A stretch of DNA of 42,993 nt from Candidatus Magasanikiibacteriota bacterium (lineage in GTDB: Bacteria; Patescibacteriota; Patescibacteriia; Magasanikbacterales; 2-02-FULL-50-9b), in NCBI GenBank assembly GCA_943349075.1, contig CALQYY010000002.1:1-42993 (forward strand), in the 5' to 3' direction. Of the stretch, positions 24,836 to 32,144 are shown piece by piece (the first letter of the stretch is position 1; every line of letters begins with the position of its first letter). The notes below the pieces were generated by a model. The model did not search any database, had not been told where the DNA came from, and was given only the letters and a program-made list of their open reading frames with translations. Both the position numbers and the translations under genes were made by a program.

Positions 24836-24852
24836 ATCACCAAACTGGTGAT
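24836..24852. promoter_or_regulatory. Perfect palindrome upstream of the Cys-rich ORFan (operator or 5' hairpin candidate)
   Basis: ATCACCA-AAC-TGGTGAT lies 15 nt before ATG 24868, just upstream of the GAGAGGA SD. Confidence 0.35.
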
Positions 24853-24867
24853 TAACGAGAGGATACC

Positions 24868-25458
24868 ATGGATGGCAGCTATCTGAGCTCGGCTGAGCAA
24901 ACGCGAATTTTAGATGTCCGAGCGGCCCAGGCGCGTGTTTTGTGGAACCATGGCTGGGGCCGCGGCAGGTATACAACGTTTGAGGGCTACCTCAGCACGA
25001 TTCCTCAAATTTCACGTCCCCCGTGGGATTCGCGGTTTTCGACGCCTGTTCTTGTTGATACTGCAACGCGTCTTTGCGATGCGTGTCGACTGACAGGTAT
25101 TTCGTTTGGTGGCGACGAATCGATTTTCACGATTCCGCCGTCACGAGCGCCTGATGCCGAAGTCTATTGGATTTGGGTGTGCAGCCGTCCAACCAACGCA
25201 GGCATGGCTCCATTTCATGCTGTTCAGCTCCACAACAACTTCGAAAAGACGCTCATTGCCTACGAGGGGGTCGCATACCTCATTCAATACCCCATGGCGC
25301 TTTCAGGAGGCGTTAAGCTCTGCTTTGCAGGCTCGCGGCTCTGTAGTTTTCCCGCATACTGTGCGTGCCTCTTGGAGACCGAAGAGGGGCCCGCGCTTGG
25401 GGTGACTGAATTCTGCAAGGCCGACAGTGAGCAGGAAACTCTGCTTCGTTGGGGGTAA
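24868..25458 (+). CDS. Hypothetical cytoplasmic Cys/Trp/Arg-rich protein (196 aa), no family recognised
   Basis: It has a good SD (GAGAGGA, 6 nt spacing) and contains 8 Cys, including CDAC and C-x6-C-x5-C-x-C. G+C is elevated. An 11-bp hairpin follows. Confidence 0.6.
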   Translation: MDGSYLSSAEQTRILDVRAAQARVLWNHGWGRGRYTTFEGYLSTIPQISRPPWDSRFSTPVLVDTATRLCDACRLTGISFGGDESIFTIPPSRAPDAEVYWIWVCSRPTNAGMAPFHAVQLHNNFEKTLIAYEGVAYLIQYPMALSGGVKLCFAGSRLCSFPAYCACLLETEEGPALGVTEFCKADSEQETLLRWG

Positions 25459-25470
25459 ATTCGTGCACAT

Positions 25471-25500
25471 ACCCTGGGAAATCGAGAGGTTTCCCAGGGT
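25471..25500 (+). terminator. Hairpin after the ORFan (terminator-like, weak U-tract)
   Basis: ACCCTGGGAAA-TCGAGAGG-TTTCCCAGGGT forms an 11-bp stem, followed by ATTATCA. Confidence 0.5.
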
Positions 25501-25511
25501 ATTATCATACC

Positions 25512-25540
25512 TTGACAGTCTGATATAAACTTGATACTAT
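25512..25540 (+). promoter_or_regulatory. Promoter of the Rrf2-nifS-nifU-fdx operon
   Basis: TTGACA (25512-25517), a 17-nt spacer, then TACTAT (25535-25540). Confidence 0.65.
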
Positions 25541-25542
25541 TC

Positions 25543-25561
25543 GCATACCTTAGCGGTATGC
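25543..25561. promoter_or_regulatory. Inverted repeat at the predicted transcription start (candidate Rrf2 operator)
   Basis: GCATACC-TTAGC-GGTATGC lies between the -10 and the start codon. Confidence 0.4.
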
Positions 25562-25564
25562 TTT

Positions 25565-25981
25565 ATGGCAATGACCTTGAATCGACAAACTGATTACGCG
25601 CTGCAATTTTTGTCAGCATTAGCACGCCTTCCAGAAGGCGAGAGTTTGCCGTTGTCAGTTTTTGCAAAAAAGAGCCGAGTATCTTTTCTGTTCTTGCAGC
25701 GAATCGTTGGAAAGCTTCGCGCGACCGGACTTGTTCAGGCATGCAAAGGTCGCTCGGGAGGTTATCGTTTGGCGCGCGCGATTGTCGACATTACCGTGCT
25801 TGATGTCGCACAAGCGCTCGAGGGAGAGCTCGCAGTTGTTCCGTGTCTGAAAGATGCGGATTCAAGCTGCCCACACCAAGCTGTTTGTATGACACGAACA
25901 AACTTTCATACGATCAATGCATATATTCAACAATATTTAAAATCAATCACCTTGGCGCAGCTTATCGGAAAAAACGTATGA
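25565..25981 (+). CDS. Rrf2-family transcriptional regulator (IscR/NsrR-like)
   Basis: The N-terminal wHTH is (MA)MTLNRQTDYALQFLSALA…FLFLQRIVGKLRATGLVQACKGRSGGYRLAR. Three Cys lie in the C-terminal half (C-x6-C-x5-C: VPCLKDADSSCPHQAVC). ATG 25571 is an alternative start. Confidence 0.85.
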   Translation: MAMTLNRQTDYALQFLSALARLPEGESLPLSVFAKKSRVSFLFLQRIVGKLRATGLVQACKGRSGGYRLARAIVDITVLDVAQALEGELAVVPCLKDADSSCPHQAVCMTRTNFHTINAYIQQYLKSITLAQLIGKNV

Positions 25982-27276
25982 CACCACTTCCAGATATCGA
26001 AAAACGAATTGTCTATTTAGATCATGCTGCAACAACCGCGACAGATCCTCGCGTGGTTTCGGCGATGCTTCCGTATTTCACGGAAATTTTTGGAAATCCA
26101 AGCGGTTTGTATTCGATCTCGCGTGACGCAGGTGATGCGCTCACCGATGCGCGCGCCAGAATCGCAAAAATAATTAACTCGCGCCCTGAGGACATTATTT
26201 TTACGGGCGGTGGAACAGAAAGCGACAATCTTGCGATCTTTGGTGTCGCGCGTAAATACGGAAACAACCCAAAGTGGGGCAAGCACGTGATCGTGTCTCA
26301 GATCGAACACCATGCAGTACTTCTTCCAACTGAGGTTTTGAAAAAAGAAGGTTTTGAGATTACAGAAATGGGTGTGAACGAACATGCCGAAGTTTCGGCT
26401 GATGCAGTTATCGCGGCGCTCCGACCCGAGACAGTTTTGGTTTCAATCATGTATGCAAATAATGAGGTTGGAACGATTCAGCCAATTGCAGAAATCGGTC
26501 GTGGAATTGCGAAATGGAAAAAAGAGCAGGGTCGCGGACCGATGGATCCGCCATTTTTGCACACCGACGCGTGTCAGGCAGCGGGTGCGCTCAGTCTTGA
26601 TGTTGCAGCGCTCCACGTTGACCTCATGACAATCAACGGAAGCAAAATTTATGGTCCAAAAGGAGTTGGTTTGTTATATGTTCGTCGCGGTGTGCAGCTT
26701 CAGCCACAGATTGTTGGAGGCGGGCAGGAAAATCGCATTCGTTCGGGAACTGAAAATCTTCCGGGAATTATTGGGCTTGCAACGGCGCTCGAACTCGTTA
26801 CAGAAAATCGAGATGCGGAAAATCGTCGCTTAACTGACCTGCGCGAATATTTCTGGAAAGAAATTCAGGCACGTGTTCCAAAACTCGTGATTAATGGCCA
26901 TCCAACAAATCGCTTGCCAAACAATTTGAACTTTACGATTCTCGACGTTGAGGGCGAAGCTGTTTTGCTTTATCTCGATGAATATGGAATTTCGTGTTCA
27001 ACGGGGAGTGCGTGCACGAGCACATCGCTTGATCCGTCACATGTGATTCTTGCGATGGGGAAGCCATATGAATACGCCCATGGCTCGCTCCGATTCACAC
27101 TTGGTCACTCGACGACGCGGGAAGATATTGATCATGCGTTACTCGTTATTCCACCGGTTATTGAATTGCTTCGCTCGATTTCGCCGGTACATCTCTCGCT
27201 CGACCAAAAACAAGATGAAATTGCAGCTCGAAGCGCATTTGTAGAAGATGGAACTCCTCACTGGATGAAAAAATAA
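25978..27276 (+). CDS. nifS: Cysteine desulfurase, NifS/IscS class (PLP-dependent)
   Basis: The start is at the ATGA overlap with the Rrf2 stop (MTPLPDIEKRIVYLDHAATT). The PLP-Lys region is DLMTINGSKIYGPKGVG. The active-site loop is STGSACTS. The upstream 45 codons of the listed ORF overlap Rrf2 and are not used. Confidence 0.9.
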   Translation: MTPLPDIEKRIVYLDHAATTATDPRVVSAMLPYFTEIFGNPSGLYSISRDAGDALTDARARIAKIINSRPEDIIFTGGGTESDNLAIFGVARKYGNNPKWGKHVIVSQIEHHAVLLPTEVLKKEGFEITEMGVNEHAEVSADAVIAALRPETVLVSIMYANNEVGTIQPIAEIGRGIAKWKKEQGRGPMDPPFLHTDACQAAGALSLDVAALHVDLMTINGSKIYGPKGVGLLYVRRGVQLQPQIVGGGQENRIRSGTENLPGIIGLATALELVTENRDAENRRLTDLREYFWKEIQARVPKLVINGHPTNRLPNNLNFTILDVEGEAVLLYLDEYGISCSTGSACTSTSLDPSHVILAMGKPYEYAHGSLRFTLGHSTTREDIDHALLVIPPVIELLRSISPVHLSLDQKQDEIAARSAFVEDGTPHWMKK

Positions 27277-27279
27277 TAT

Positions 27280-27957
27280 ATGTCAGACACAACTCCAATT
27301 AAAACAAGCGATTTAGAAAAGTCTGACGTCGTAAACAAAACGACGGGGCAGAAATGGGTGTATTCTCCAATTGTGAAGGAGCACTTTTTTCATCCAAAAA
27401 ATATTCTTCTCGAAGAACCTGCTGAGGGTCAGTTTGATGCGCGCGGAACTGTAGGTTCGCCTGCGTGTGGAGATGTTATGGATATTTGGATTAAAGTCGA
27501 TCCAACAACCGAACGTGTCGTTGATTTGAAATGGAAAACATTCGGTTGTGGAAGCGCGATTGCTGCGACGTCAATGTTTAGTGTGATGGTAACGGAAAAT
27601 GGGGGGCTCACCATCGAAGATGCAATGAAGATCAAGCCGCAGGATATTATGGAGCGCCTCGGTGGCCTTCCAAATCGCAAAATTCATTGCAGCGTTCTTG
27701 CCGACAAAGCGTTTCGCAAGGCGGTGAATAACTATTTCCACGCAGTTGGCAAACACGATCGTGTTGAGGTTGAGGGCGCGCGCGTTGTTGATAAGAATTT
27801 GAATATTACAGACAAAGATATCGAGGAAGCAGTGCTTGAAGGCGCGCAAACGCTCGATGAAGTTCAAAAGAAACTCAAAGTTGGTGTTGGCGATCCAGAA
27901 GCGATTCCAGAGATTGAGCAGTTGATTCGATTTTACTCAGAAAAATATTACGGGTAG
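27280..27957 (+). CDS. nifU: NifU-like Fe-S scaffold: IscU-type N-domain plus a Cys-less BFD-like C-terminal segment
   Basis: The three scaffold Cys contexts are GSPACGDVM, FGCGSAIA and KIHCSVLA. The tail ITDKDIEEAVLEGAQTLDEVQKKLKVGVG resembles a BFD-like [2Fe-2S] domain but has no Cys. Confidence 0.85.
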   Translation: MSDTTPIKTSDLEKSDVVNKTTGQKWVYSPIVKEHFFHPKNILLEEPAEGQFDARGTVGSPACGDVMDIWIKVDPTTERVVDLKWKTFGCGSAIAATSMFSVMVTENGGLTIEDAMKIKPQDIMERLGGLPNRKIHCSVLADKAFRKAVNNYFHAVGKHDRVEVEGARVVDKNLNITDKDIEEAVLEGAQTLDEVQKKLKVGVGDPEAIPEIEQLIRFYSEKYYG

Positions 27958-27968
27958 AATGTAAACAT

Positions 27969-28205
27969 ATGGAAGAACCAAAAAAGAATCGAATCGCAAA
28001 AATTATTGTAGATCGCGAAGGATGCATCGGCGCAGCGAGCTGTGTTGCAGTTGCGGGGCGCACTTATTACATGGACGACGAAAACAAAGCTGTTGTTATT
28101 GAACCATGGGGTGATGACGACGAAATGGTATTGCTCTCGGCGCAAGCATGTCCAACACTCGCCATCAGATTGATCGACGTCGATGGGAATCAGATTTATC
28201 CGTAA
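27969..28205 (+). CDS. Small single-cluster ferredoxin (3-Cys, [3Fe-4S]/[4Fe-4S]-type)
   Basis: It is 78 aa and has exactly three Cys, at DREGCIGAASCVAV…ACPTLAI (C-x5-C…CP). Confidence 0.7.
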   Translation: MEEPKKNRIAKIIVDREGCIGAASCVAVAGRTYYMDDENKAVVIEPWGDDDEMVLLSAQACPTLAIRLIDVDGNQIYP

Positions 28206-28209
28206 AACT

Positions 28210-28238
28210 TTGACCAAGAGCCAAAAAAAATGTATTAT
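28210..28238 (+). promoter_or_regulatory. Promoter for the membrane-protein/rsmI unit
   Basis: TTGACC (28210-28215), a 17-nt spacer, then TATTAT (28233-28238). Confidence 0.55.
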
Positions 28239-28259
28239 GTCAGCATAATACATTTTTTT
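28223..28259. terminator. AT-rich palindromic hairpin after the ferredoxin gene (bidirectional-terminator-like)
   Basis: AAAAAAA-ATGTATTATG-TCAG-CATAATACAT-TTTTTT has a 10-bp core stem flanked by complementary A and T runs. It overlaps the promoter spacer and -10. Confidence 0.55.
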
Positions 28260-28264
28260 ATTGT

Positions 28265-28903
28265 ATGCTCAAGAAGTTTTTTGCAACGTCGGCAATCGCA
28301 TTACTCATGCTCGCTCCACTTTCGGCTTCAGCTCAAACAACAGGCATCGCAGAAGAGCCTCAGGCTGCATATGCAAATGTAACGGGAGAGCAGGTTGATT
28401 TTGGTTCATTTGGTAAAGAAAGCCCTTTTGGTCAACAGGGGGGCAATGAAGATGGTTATGGTTATGGACCTAATCCTCTTGCAAATATTTTCGCCTCAAT
28501 AATGGGGATTTTGCTGATCGTTGCAATTCCATTTATTGGAGTTCTTGTCTACCTTTTGATTGCATTCATTAAAATCGCACAAAAAACTCACACACCAAAT
28601 GGATGGTTAGTAATCACATTGTTTGCAATTCCATTTAAAATTGCAAAATTCGCAGGTCTTTCATATTGGTTTGGACTTATTGCATTTGCATCACTTCCAT
28701 TCTATTTGATTGATGAGCGTCTCGCGTCGGTTGTTGCGCTTGGTGTAACTGGATTTTTTACCTATCTCTGGATGCGTGTTTGCAAGCGCCTTGGATTCTC
28801 GCAGTGGCTCGGTCTTCTCATGATTGTTCCAATTGCGAACCTCGTATTGCCAGGCGTTCTCGCGTTCTCAAAAAATCAGTTGGTTGAAAATACTCAGTTC
28901 TAA
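28265..28903 (+). CDS. Hypothetical secreted/polytopic membrane protein
   Basis: The signal peptide is MLKKFFATSAIALLMLAPLSASA-QT. It has at least 4 hydrophobic spans. The C-terminal motif RLGFSQWLGLLMIVPIANLVLPG is present. Confidence 0.6.
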   Translation: MLKKFFATSAIALLMLAPLSASAQTTGIAEEPQAAYANVTGEQVDFGSFGKESPFGQQGGNEDGYGYGPNPLANIFASIMGILLIVAIPFIGVLVYLLIAFIKIAQKTHTPNGWLVITLFAIPFKIAKFAGLSYWFGLIAFASLPFYLIDERLASVVALGVTGFFTYLWMRVCKRLGFSQWLGLLMIVPIANLVLPGVLAFSKNQLVENTQF

Positions 28904-28905
28904 TT

Positions 28906-29220
28906 ATGACAAAAACGCACAAAGCCTTAGCATGGGGTTGTTTGCCGGGAGTTCTCATGATCGCAAACTTAATGCTCTACGGACTTGTAAATTTTTTGGG
29001 ATCAAGTTTTGCACAGCAGACTGCTGAAGCCACACAAAATGGATATGGAACAAAATCGTCTGTTGAAATTATTGTTGGAATAATTCGTATAATTCAGAGC
29101 TTTGCAGGCATTGCACTCATGATTCTTATTCCGGTTGGAATCGTAATGGCAATTGTAATTGCAACAAAAGAGGATGAAGTGCCAACCACACCAGCTCAGC
29201 CTCCACAACAAAACCAATGA
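28906..29220 (+). CDS. Hypothetical small membrane protein with a Pro/Gln-rich tail
   Basis: It has two or three hydrophobic spans. It starts 2 nt after the previous stop and shares an ATGA overlap with rsmI. Confidence 0.5.
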   Translation: MTKTHKALAWGCLPGVLMIANLMLYGLVNFLGSSFAQQTAEATQNGYGTKSSVEIIVGIIRIIQSFAGIALMILIPVGIVMAIVIATKEDEVPTTPAQPPQQNQ

Positions 29221-29885
29221 AACTTTTCATCGTCGCAACTCCGATTGGCAACTTACAAGACCTCACCGCTCGCGGGCGTGAGGTCTTGTCTGGTGTCAAA
29301 TTGGTTTTTGCGGAAGACACGCGCGTTGCGGCGAAACTTCTCGCGCACATCGGCGCAACGCCGCGGGTGATCGCGCTTCACCACCATACCGAAGGTGCGG
29401 CGATGGCAAAGGCGATTGCTGAGCTCGAATCAGCAGGGGAAGCAGCGCTTGTGTCGGACGCAGGAACACCGGGAATTTCAGATCCGGGCAATCAGTTTAT
29501 CCGCGAGCTTCTGGATCGCGCTATGGATGTTGAAATTACGCCAATCCCAGGGCCATCAAGTATTACTGCAGCACTTTCGATTTGCGGCTATCCAACGGAC
29601 CGTTTTCGCGTTCTTGGATTTCCGCCGCACAAAAATAAGCGCAACAAGTATTTTGATGAGGTTGCGGCGACCGAGGAAACAGTTGTGGTTCTCGAATCGG
29701 TACATCGCATCAAAAAAACATTACAGGATTTGAATCGCGTAATGCCCGATCGTCAGATGATGGTCGCGCGCGAGCTCACAAAAATGTTTGAAACCATCTA
29801 TCGGGGAACTGCATCGGAAATCGACTCGCAAATTTCTGATAGCGAAACGCGCGGTGAATTTGTTATAATTATTACAGCTAAATAA
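29217..29885 (+). CDS. rsmI: 16S rRNA (cytidine1402-2'-O)-methyltransferase RsmI (tetrapyrrole-methylase fold)
   Basis: Motifs are LFIVATPIGNLQDLTARGREVL, FAEDTR and ALVSDAGTPGISDPG. The rsmI-metG-tatD neighbourhood is conserved. Confidence 0.85.
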   Translation: MKLFIVATPIGNLQDLTARGREVLSGVKLVFAEDTRVAAKLLAHIGATPRVIALHHHTEGAAMAKAIAELESAGEAALVSDAGTPGISDPGNQFIRELLDRAMDVEITPIPGPSSITAALSICGYPTDRFRVLGFPPHKNKRNKYFDEVAATEETVVVLESVHRIKKTLQDLNRVMPDRQMMVARELTKMFETIYRGTASEIDSQISDSETRGEFVIIITAK

Positions 29886-29892
29886 TTTTTAT

Positions 29893-30078
29893 ATGTCAGG
29901 ACATGGTGGCGGAGGCGGAAAACCAAAAAAACCAGCAGGCGGCGGACACGGAGGTGGGCACGGCGATAGCGGCTCAATTTCGGGTTGGCAGCTCGCTATT
30001 CTCGGAATAATCGCCATTGTGTTGCTCGTGATGTTCTATACAGGCCAAATTGGTCCGTCCACGCCGGTTCAATATTAG
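29893..30078 (+). CDS. Hypothetical 61-aa membrane micro-protein with a Gly/His/Lys-rich N-terminus
   Basis: The sequence is MSGHGGGGGKPKKPAGGGHGGGHGDSGS followed by one TM helix (WQLAILGIIAIVLLVMFY). No clear SD is present. Confidence 0.4.
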   Translation: MSGHGGGGGKPKKPAGGGHGGGHGDSGSISGWQLAILGIIAIVLLVMFYTGQIGPSTPVQY

Positions 30079-30118
30079 GTTTGCTTCGCAGCTTTTTTTC
30101 TGTTAATGTCTGATTACT

Positions 30119-31627
30119 ATGCCAAAACGCGAAGACCACTATTACGTTACGACGCCGATTTATTATGTTAATGCTGCGGCTCACATCGGGCACGCTTACA
30201 CGTCGATTGCGGCGGATATTATGGCGCGTTTTCAGCGGTTGCTCGGAAAGCAGGTTAATTTTTTGACCGGCACCGACGAACATGGTCAGAAAATTGCGCG
30301 TGCGGCTGAGGCGAAAGGTGTTGGGCCACAAACATTTGTCGATGAAATTTCGGAAGGGTTTCGTGATTTGCATAAAGTTTTGAATGCAAGCAATACCGAT
30401 TTTATTCGCACAAGCGAGCCGCGCCACATCGCGGGCGCGCAAAAATTTTGGGAAGTAGCGAATGCTTCGGGTGATATTTACAAAAAATCATACGAAGGAT
30501 TGTATTGCGTTGGGTGTGAACAATATTTTGTCGAAAAAGATTTGATTGATGGACTCTGTCCAATTCACAAAAAAGCACCAGAGATGCTTTCTGAGGAAAA
30601 CTATTTTTTCCGATTGTCGCGCTACACCGAGCCTCTCAAAAAATATTTTGATGAGCATCCACAATTTGTTTTTCCGCAGAATCGTCAAAAAGAAATGCGC
30701 CAGATTCTTGAGGAAGGACTCGATGATATTTCGATTTCTCGTAGTACGGAAAAACTTTCGTGGGGAATTCCGGTTCCGGGCGATGATTCGCAGGTGATGT
30801 ATGTGTGGTTTGATGCGCTCACGAATTATGTGACCGCAATTGGATACGGAACTGACGAAAAGTTTTTTGGTGATTGGTGGCCAGCGGACGCGCACGTGAT
30901 GGCAAAGGAAATCAACCGCTTCCATTCATTGCTCTGGCCAGCGATGCTCATGTCAGCAAAGCTCGAAGTTCCAAAGCAAATCGTTGTGCACGGATGGCTC
31001 ACAGTTGATGGCGAGAAAATGTCGAAGTCGCTCGGCAACGTTGTGAATCCATACGACATTGTTTCGAGATACGGCATCGACGCGTTTCGATTCTTTATGT
31101 TCCGCGAAATGTCGTTCGGCAGCGATGGAGATTTTTCATACACAAAACTTGATCAGCGATATCGCGCAGATCTCAGCAATGACCTTGGAAATTTGCTCAT
31201 GCGCACGATTGCGATGACGCACAAATTTTGTGAAGGCCGTGTGCCGCTCGAAACAAAGGGTGAGCATCAAGAATTTTGGGATCGCTATAGCGCACACATG
31301 AACGCGTGGGAATTCCAGAAGGCGCTTGAAGTTGTGTGGGACTATGTTCGCGGCCTCAACCAACTCATCGATCGTGAAAAGCCATGGACCGCAAACAAAG
31401 AGGGACGCACCGAAGATGTTGCGCGAACGCTGTACACATTGCTCGAAGGTCTTCGCCAAATTGCAATTGCGATTCAGCCGTTCATGCCAGAGACGAGTGA
31501 AAAAATGCTTCGCCAGCTTGGGTTTGAATTTTTTGAACCAAACTTTAGCAACTTAGTTGAATGGGGACTCTTGAAATCGGGCGCAGAGCTCGCGCAGCCT
31601 GAGGCACTATTCCCACACATCGAATAA
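30119..31627 (+). CDS. metG: Methionyl-tRNA synthetase (short form, without the C-terminal tRNA-binding appendix)
   Basis: The HIGH motif is AAHIGHAYT and the KMSKS motif is GEKMSKSLGN. One Cys knuckle is present (CVGCEQ…CPIHKK). Confidence 0.95.
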   Translation: MPKREDHYYVTTPIYYVNAAAHIGHAYTSIAADIMARFQRLLGKQVNFLTGTDEHGQKIARAAEAKGVGPQTFVDEISEGFRDLHKVLNASNTDFIRTSEPRHIAGAQKFWEVANASGDIYKKSYEGLYCVGCEQYFVEKDLIDGLCPIHKKAPEMLSEENYFFRLSRYTEPLKKYFDEHPQFVFPQNRQKEMRQILEEGLDDISISRSTEKLSWGIPVPGDDSQVMYVWFDALTNYVTAIGYGTDEKFFGDWWPADAHVMAKEINRFHSLLWPAMLMSAKLEVPKQIVVHGWLTVDGEKMSKSLGNVVNPYDIVSRYGIDAFRFFMFREMSFGSDGDFSYTKLDQRYRADLSNDLGNLLMRTIAMTHKFCEGRVPLETKGEHQEFWDRYSAHMNAWEFQKALEVVWDYVRGLNQLIDREKPWTANKEGRTEDVARTLYTLLEGLRQIAIAIQPFMPETSEKMLRQLGFEFFEPNFSNLVEWGLLKSGAELAQPEALFPHIE

Positions 31628-31628
31628 T

Positions 31629-32144
31629 ATGTCAGCACTCGACGTCGGCCTTCTTATATACATGCTCGTGCACACGCTTTCGGGCATCAAGCGCGGGCTC
31701 ATCCATGTAATTGGTTCGCTCATCGGTATGATCGCGGGTGCGTATATTGCGCTTCATTATAGTTTGAATATCGCACAATGGTTTGCGAAGGTTACCGGAT
31801 TTGATATTCAGCAGCTTGGAAAGTGGGTGATGTTTTTGATTGTGTTCATTGTCATCTCGCAGCTCATCGGATTTATGTTTTGGATCGGCGAGCGTGCACT
31901 TGGATTTATGGTGCATCTGCCGTTCATTAGTTCAATCAATCATTTGCTCGGTGGCCTCCTCGCATTTTTCGAAGGCGCATTTCTCGTTGGACTTGCACTC
32001 TACTACGCAAAATTTTTGCCGGTTCCTGGACTCGACACAGCAATGGCAGTTTCAAAACTAACGCCATGGTTCATAAAAATATCGCAAATTTTTATGCCGC
32101 TCATTCCTGAGTTTATCAAAACAGCAATGAAGGGGATCGTATGA
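31629..32144 (+). CDS. cvpA: CvpA-family membrane protein
   Basis: It is a 4-TM protein with a CvpA-like N-terminus (LDVGLLIYMLVHTLSGIKRGLIHVIGSLIGMIAGAYIA). Confidence 0.65.
   Translation: MSALDVGLLIYMLVHTLSGIKRGLIHVIGSLIGMIAGAYIALHYSLNIAQWFAKVTGFDIQQLGKWVMFLIVFIVISQLIGFMFWIGERALGFMVHLPFISSINHLLGGLLAFFEGAFLVGLALYYAKFLPVPGLDTAMAVSKLTPWFIKISQIFMPLIPEFIKTAMKGIV

Noticed and set aside
25843-25977. 45-codon N-terminal extension of the NifS ORF in the six-frame track
   Set aside because: It overlaps the 3' end of the Rrf2 gene in another frame. NifS/IscS homology starts at MTPLPDIEKRIVYLDHAATT (ATG 25978), which forms an ATGA junction with the Rrf2 stop.
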